Source of the DNA: Cetorhinus maximus
Lineage: Eukaryota
DNA: 64,000 nt
Reading direction: 5' to 3'
Assembly: GCF_964194155.1 (NCBI RefSeq)
Contig: NC_135899.1
Coordinates: forward strand, 35,154,001 to 35,218,000
Below the pieces are notes generated by a model that saw nothing but the letters and a program-made list of their open reading frames with translations, made no database searches and was not told the DNA's origin. The translations under genes and the position numbers were made by a program. This document shows, in pieces, positions 61,578-64,000 of the stretch (positions within the stretch are counted from its first letter, which is position 1; each line of letters opens with the position of its first letter).

Positions 61578-64000
61578 ATTCTGGGAGAAGTCACCGCAGA
61601 CACCGCGACTCAGAAAGGGATCGAAGAGAAGGACTCTTGCACTCAACAGGAGGAAGAGCATCCAATAGCGGGCGGTAGAGAGAAGTGACTGAAGCGTGAT
61701 GGGAGAGGTCACTGCAGACACCGCGACTCAGAAAGGGATCAAGGAGGACCCACTGTCAAAGAGCGGAATAGCCCCAAACATTACATTGCTGTTGTGTTTC
61801 CATCCCTCCCTCCTCCTCAAACCTAAAATAAGAGGGAGAGGCAGTACCTTCAGGAGTGCACCAGACCTGTGAGGGACACTCTTCTGAAAGTACAGTTAAG
61901 AAAAGCTAATTGGTGAGTAAATCCTGGTGAGTTCTTTTTTCAATCTATTAAAGTTATTCATTGCTTAATACTGAGGTAGGAGCTACAAAAAAAGTATCGA
62001 GTAGTACTATACAAGTATAATTAGTCAAGGAACAAGGTTCCTAGCTAACATATATAAGGCCCCAAGCTAGCGTATTTTTTAAGGGAGTAACTAGCTTAAT
62101 CTAGAGGGACGTCATGGCAGGACATCTCAGACCCGTGATATGTTCCTCCTGCAGGATGTGGGAAATGAGGGATGCTTCCAGCGTCCCTGTTGACCATGTG
62201 TGCAGAAGGTGTGTCCAAATGCAGCTTCTAGCTAGCCGGATTTCGAAACTGGAGCTGCGGGTGGACTCATTGTGGAGCATCCGCGATGCTGAGCAAGTCG
62301 TGGATAGCACGTTTAGCGAGGTGGTCACACCGCAGGTGAAGATTACACAGGCAGAAAGGGAATGGGTGACCATCAGGAACAGTAAAAGACTCAGGAAGGT
62401 AGTGCAGGAGACCCCTGTAGTCATCCCCCTCTCTCACAGATATACTGCTTTGGATATTGTTGGTGGGATGGCCTCTCAGGGGAAAGCAGCAACAGCCAAA
62501 TTCACGGCACCGTGGTGGCTCTGCTGCTCAGAGGGGCGGGAGGAAAACAAGTGGCAGGGCTATAGTGATAGGGGATTCAATAGTTAGGGGCACAGACAGA
62601 CGCTTCTGTGGCCACAAATGTGAATCAAGGATGGTATGTTGCCTCCCTGGTGCCAGGGTCCGGGATGTTACGCAGCGGCTGCAGGAAATTCTGGGGCGGG
62701 AAGGTAAGCAGCCAGTGGTCATGGTACACATTGGTACCAACAACATAGGTAAACTAAGGGATGAGGACCTGCAAGCTCAGTACAGGAAGTTAGGAGATGA
62801 ATTAAAATGCATGACCTCAAATGTAGTAATCTCAGGATTACTCCCAGTTCCACATGCTACCAAGAGCAAGAATAAGAGGATAGACCAAATGAACATGTGG
62901 CTGGAGAGATGGTGTAGCCGGGAGTGATTCAGATTCTTGAGGCACTGGGACCGGTTCTGGGGAAGGTGGGACCTGTCCAAACAGGATGGGCTGCACCCAG
63001 GCAGAGCTGGGACCAGTGTCCTTGCGGGGGCTTTTGTTAGTTCTGTTGGGGAGTATTTAAACTAGTGTGGCAGGGGGATGGGATCCCAGGAGTAGGATCA
63101 GACAGGTCAGATTCAGATCAGAAAAATGGAGATAGAACATTAGCTAGGGACGTTGTGATAGACATGGAGTTACAGGAGAAGCAAAGTTTAAAAAGTGTCC
63201 AGCAAGGGAAATTGATGGGGTTAAACTGTTTATACTTCAATGCAAGGAGTATTACAAACAAGGTAGATGAGTTAAGGGCACAGGTAGACACATGGCAGCA
63301 GGATGTCATTGCTATAACGGAGACCTGGCTAAAGGAGGGACAAAACTGGCAGCTAAATACCCTTGGTTATAGAGTCTTCAGACACGATAGAGTAGGAGAT
63401 AAAAAAGGAAGGTGGGGTAGCACTAATGGTTAAAGAATCAATTCCAGTTGTGAGAAGGGATGATATACTAAATGGGTCAACAAACGAGGCTTTATGGATT
63501 GAGCTTAGAAATAAAAAAGGGGCAATCACACTACTGGGAGTATACTACAGACCCCCAAATAATGAAAGGGAGATAGAAGAACAAATATGTAGGCTAATTT
63601 ATGCTTGTAAGAACAAGAGGGCAATAATAGTAGGAGACTTCAACGATCTTAATATCAACTGGGATTCAAACAATATAAGGGGCACTGAGGGAGAAAAATT
63701 CATGCAGTGTGTTGAGGAAAATTTTTTCAACCAATTAGTGACAAACCCAACGAGAGGAGATGCAATTCTAGACCTAGTCTTGGGGAATGAAGAAGGGCAA
63801 GTGGGTGAAGTGACAGTTGGCGACCATATCGGGGACAGTGATCACAATTCAGTTGATTTAGCATTACCATGGAAAAGGACAGAGATAAGGCAGGAGTAAA
63901 AGTCTTGAACTGGGGGAAGGCAAATTTTGCAGAAATGAGAAGGGACTTGGCTGAGGTGGACTGGACAGCACTGCTGGAAGATAAAACAGTAGAAAACCAG

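Larger units (their letters stand above)
56060..64000 (+). mobile_element. CR1 LINE 5' portion (repeat-containing 5' UTR, ORF1 ~62114-63065, ORF2 endonuclease), interrupted by Tx1 at 56228-61577
   Basis: ORF1 CSSC...CRRC/leucine zipper and esterase (IGDS, HIGTN, DGLH). APE motifs YFNARS, IAITETWL, GVYYRPP, VGDFN, SDHN. Frameshifts present. Confidence 0.9.

Overview
Eukaryotic, repeat-dense window, very probably a cartilaginous fish (inferred from DeuSINE/SacSINE1-like SINEs, esterase-ORF1 CR1 LINEs and shark-type Penelope ends). It holds a tandem cluster of effector-less C2H2 zinc-finger genes: three intact ORFs (10, 18 and 12 fingers) and two pseudogenes. Each gene is built from a duplicated cassette: a Harbinger fossil, an ~800-bp CCAAT/CRE/ETS promoter with a first exon ending exactly on ATG, a 39-nt second exon, a TE-filled intron, and one large exon with a decayed leader plus the finger array. 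Inserted elements include CR1, Vingi, RTE, L2, Gmr1-like (SCAN-bearing) and Mag-like Gypsy elements, solo LTRs and palindromic Penelope elements. Many have readable target-site duplications (TSDs), some confirmed by empty paralogous sites in the window. The most notable signals are: (1) a full-length Tx1/Keno-like LINE that begins with exactly the first 37 nt of U2 snRNA but sits outside a U2 gene; (2) a non-autonomous Gypsy whose pol is replaced by a coiled-coil segment, possibly TACC-like; (3) fold-back Penelope insertions; (4) a conserved split-ATG uORF architecture in the ZNF cassette. All calls were made by eye, without alignment or database searches.
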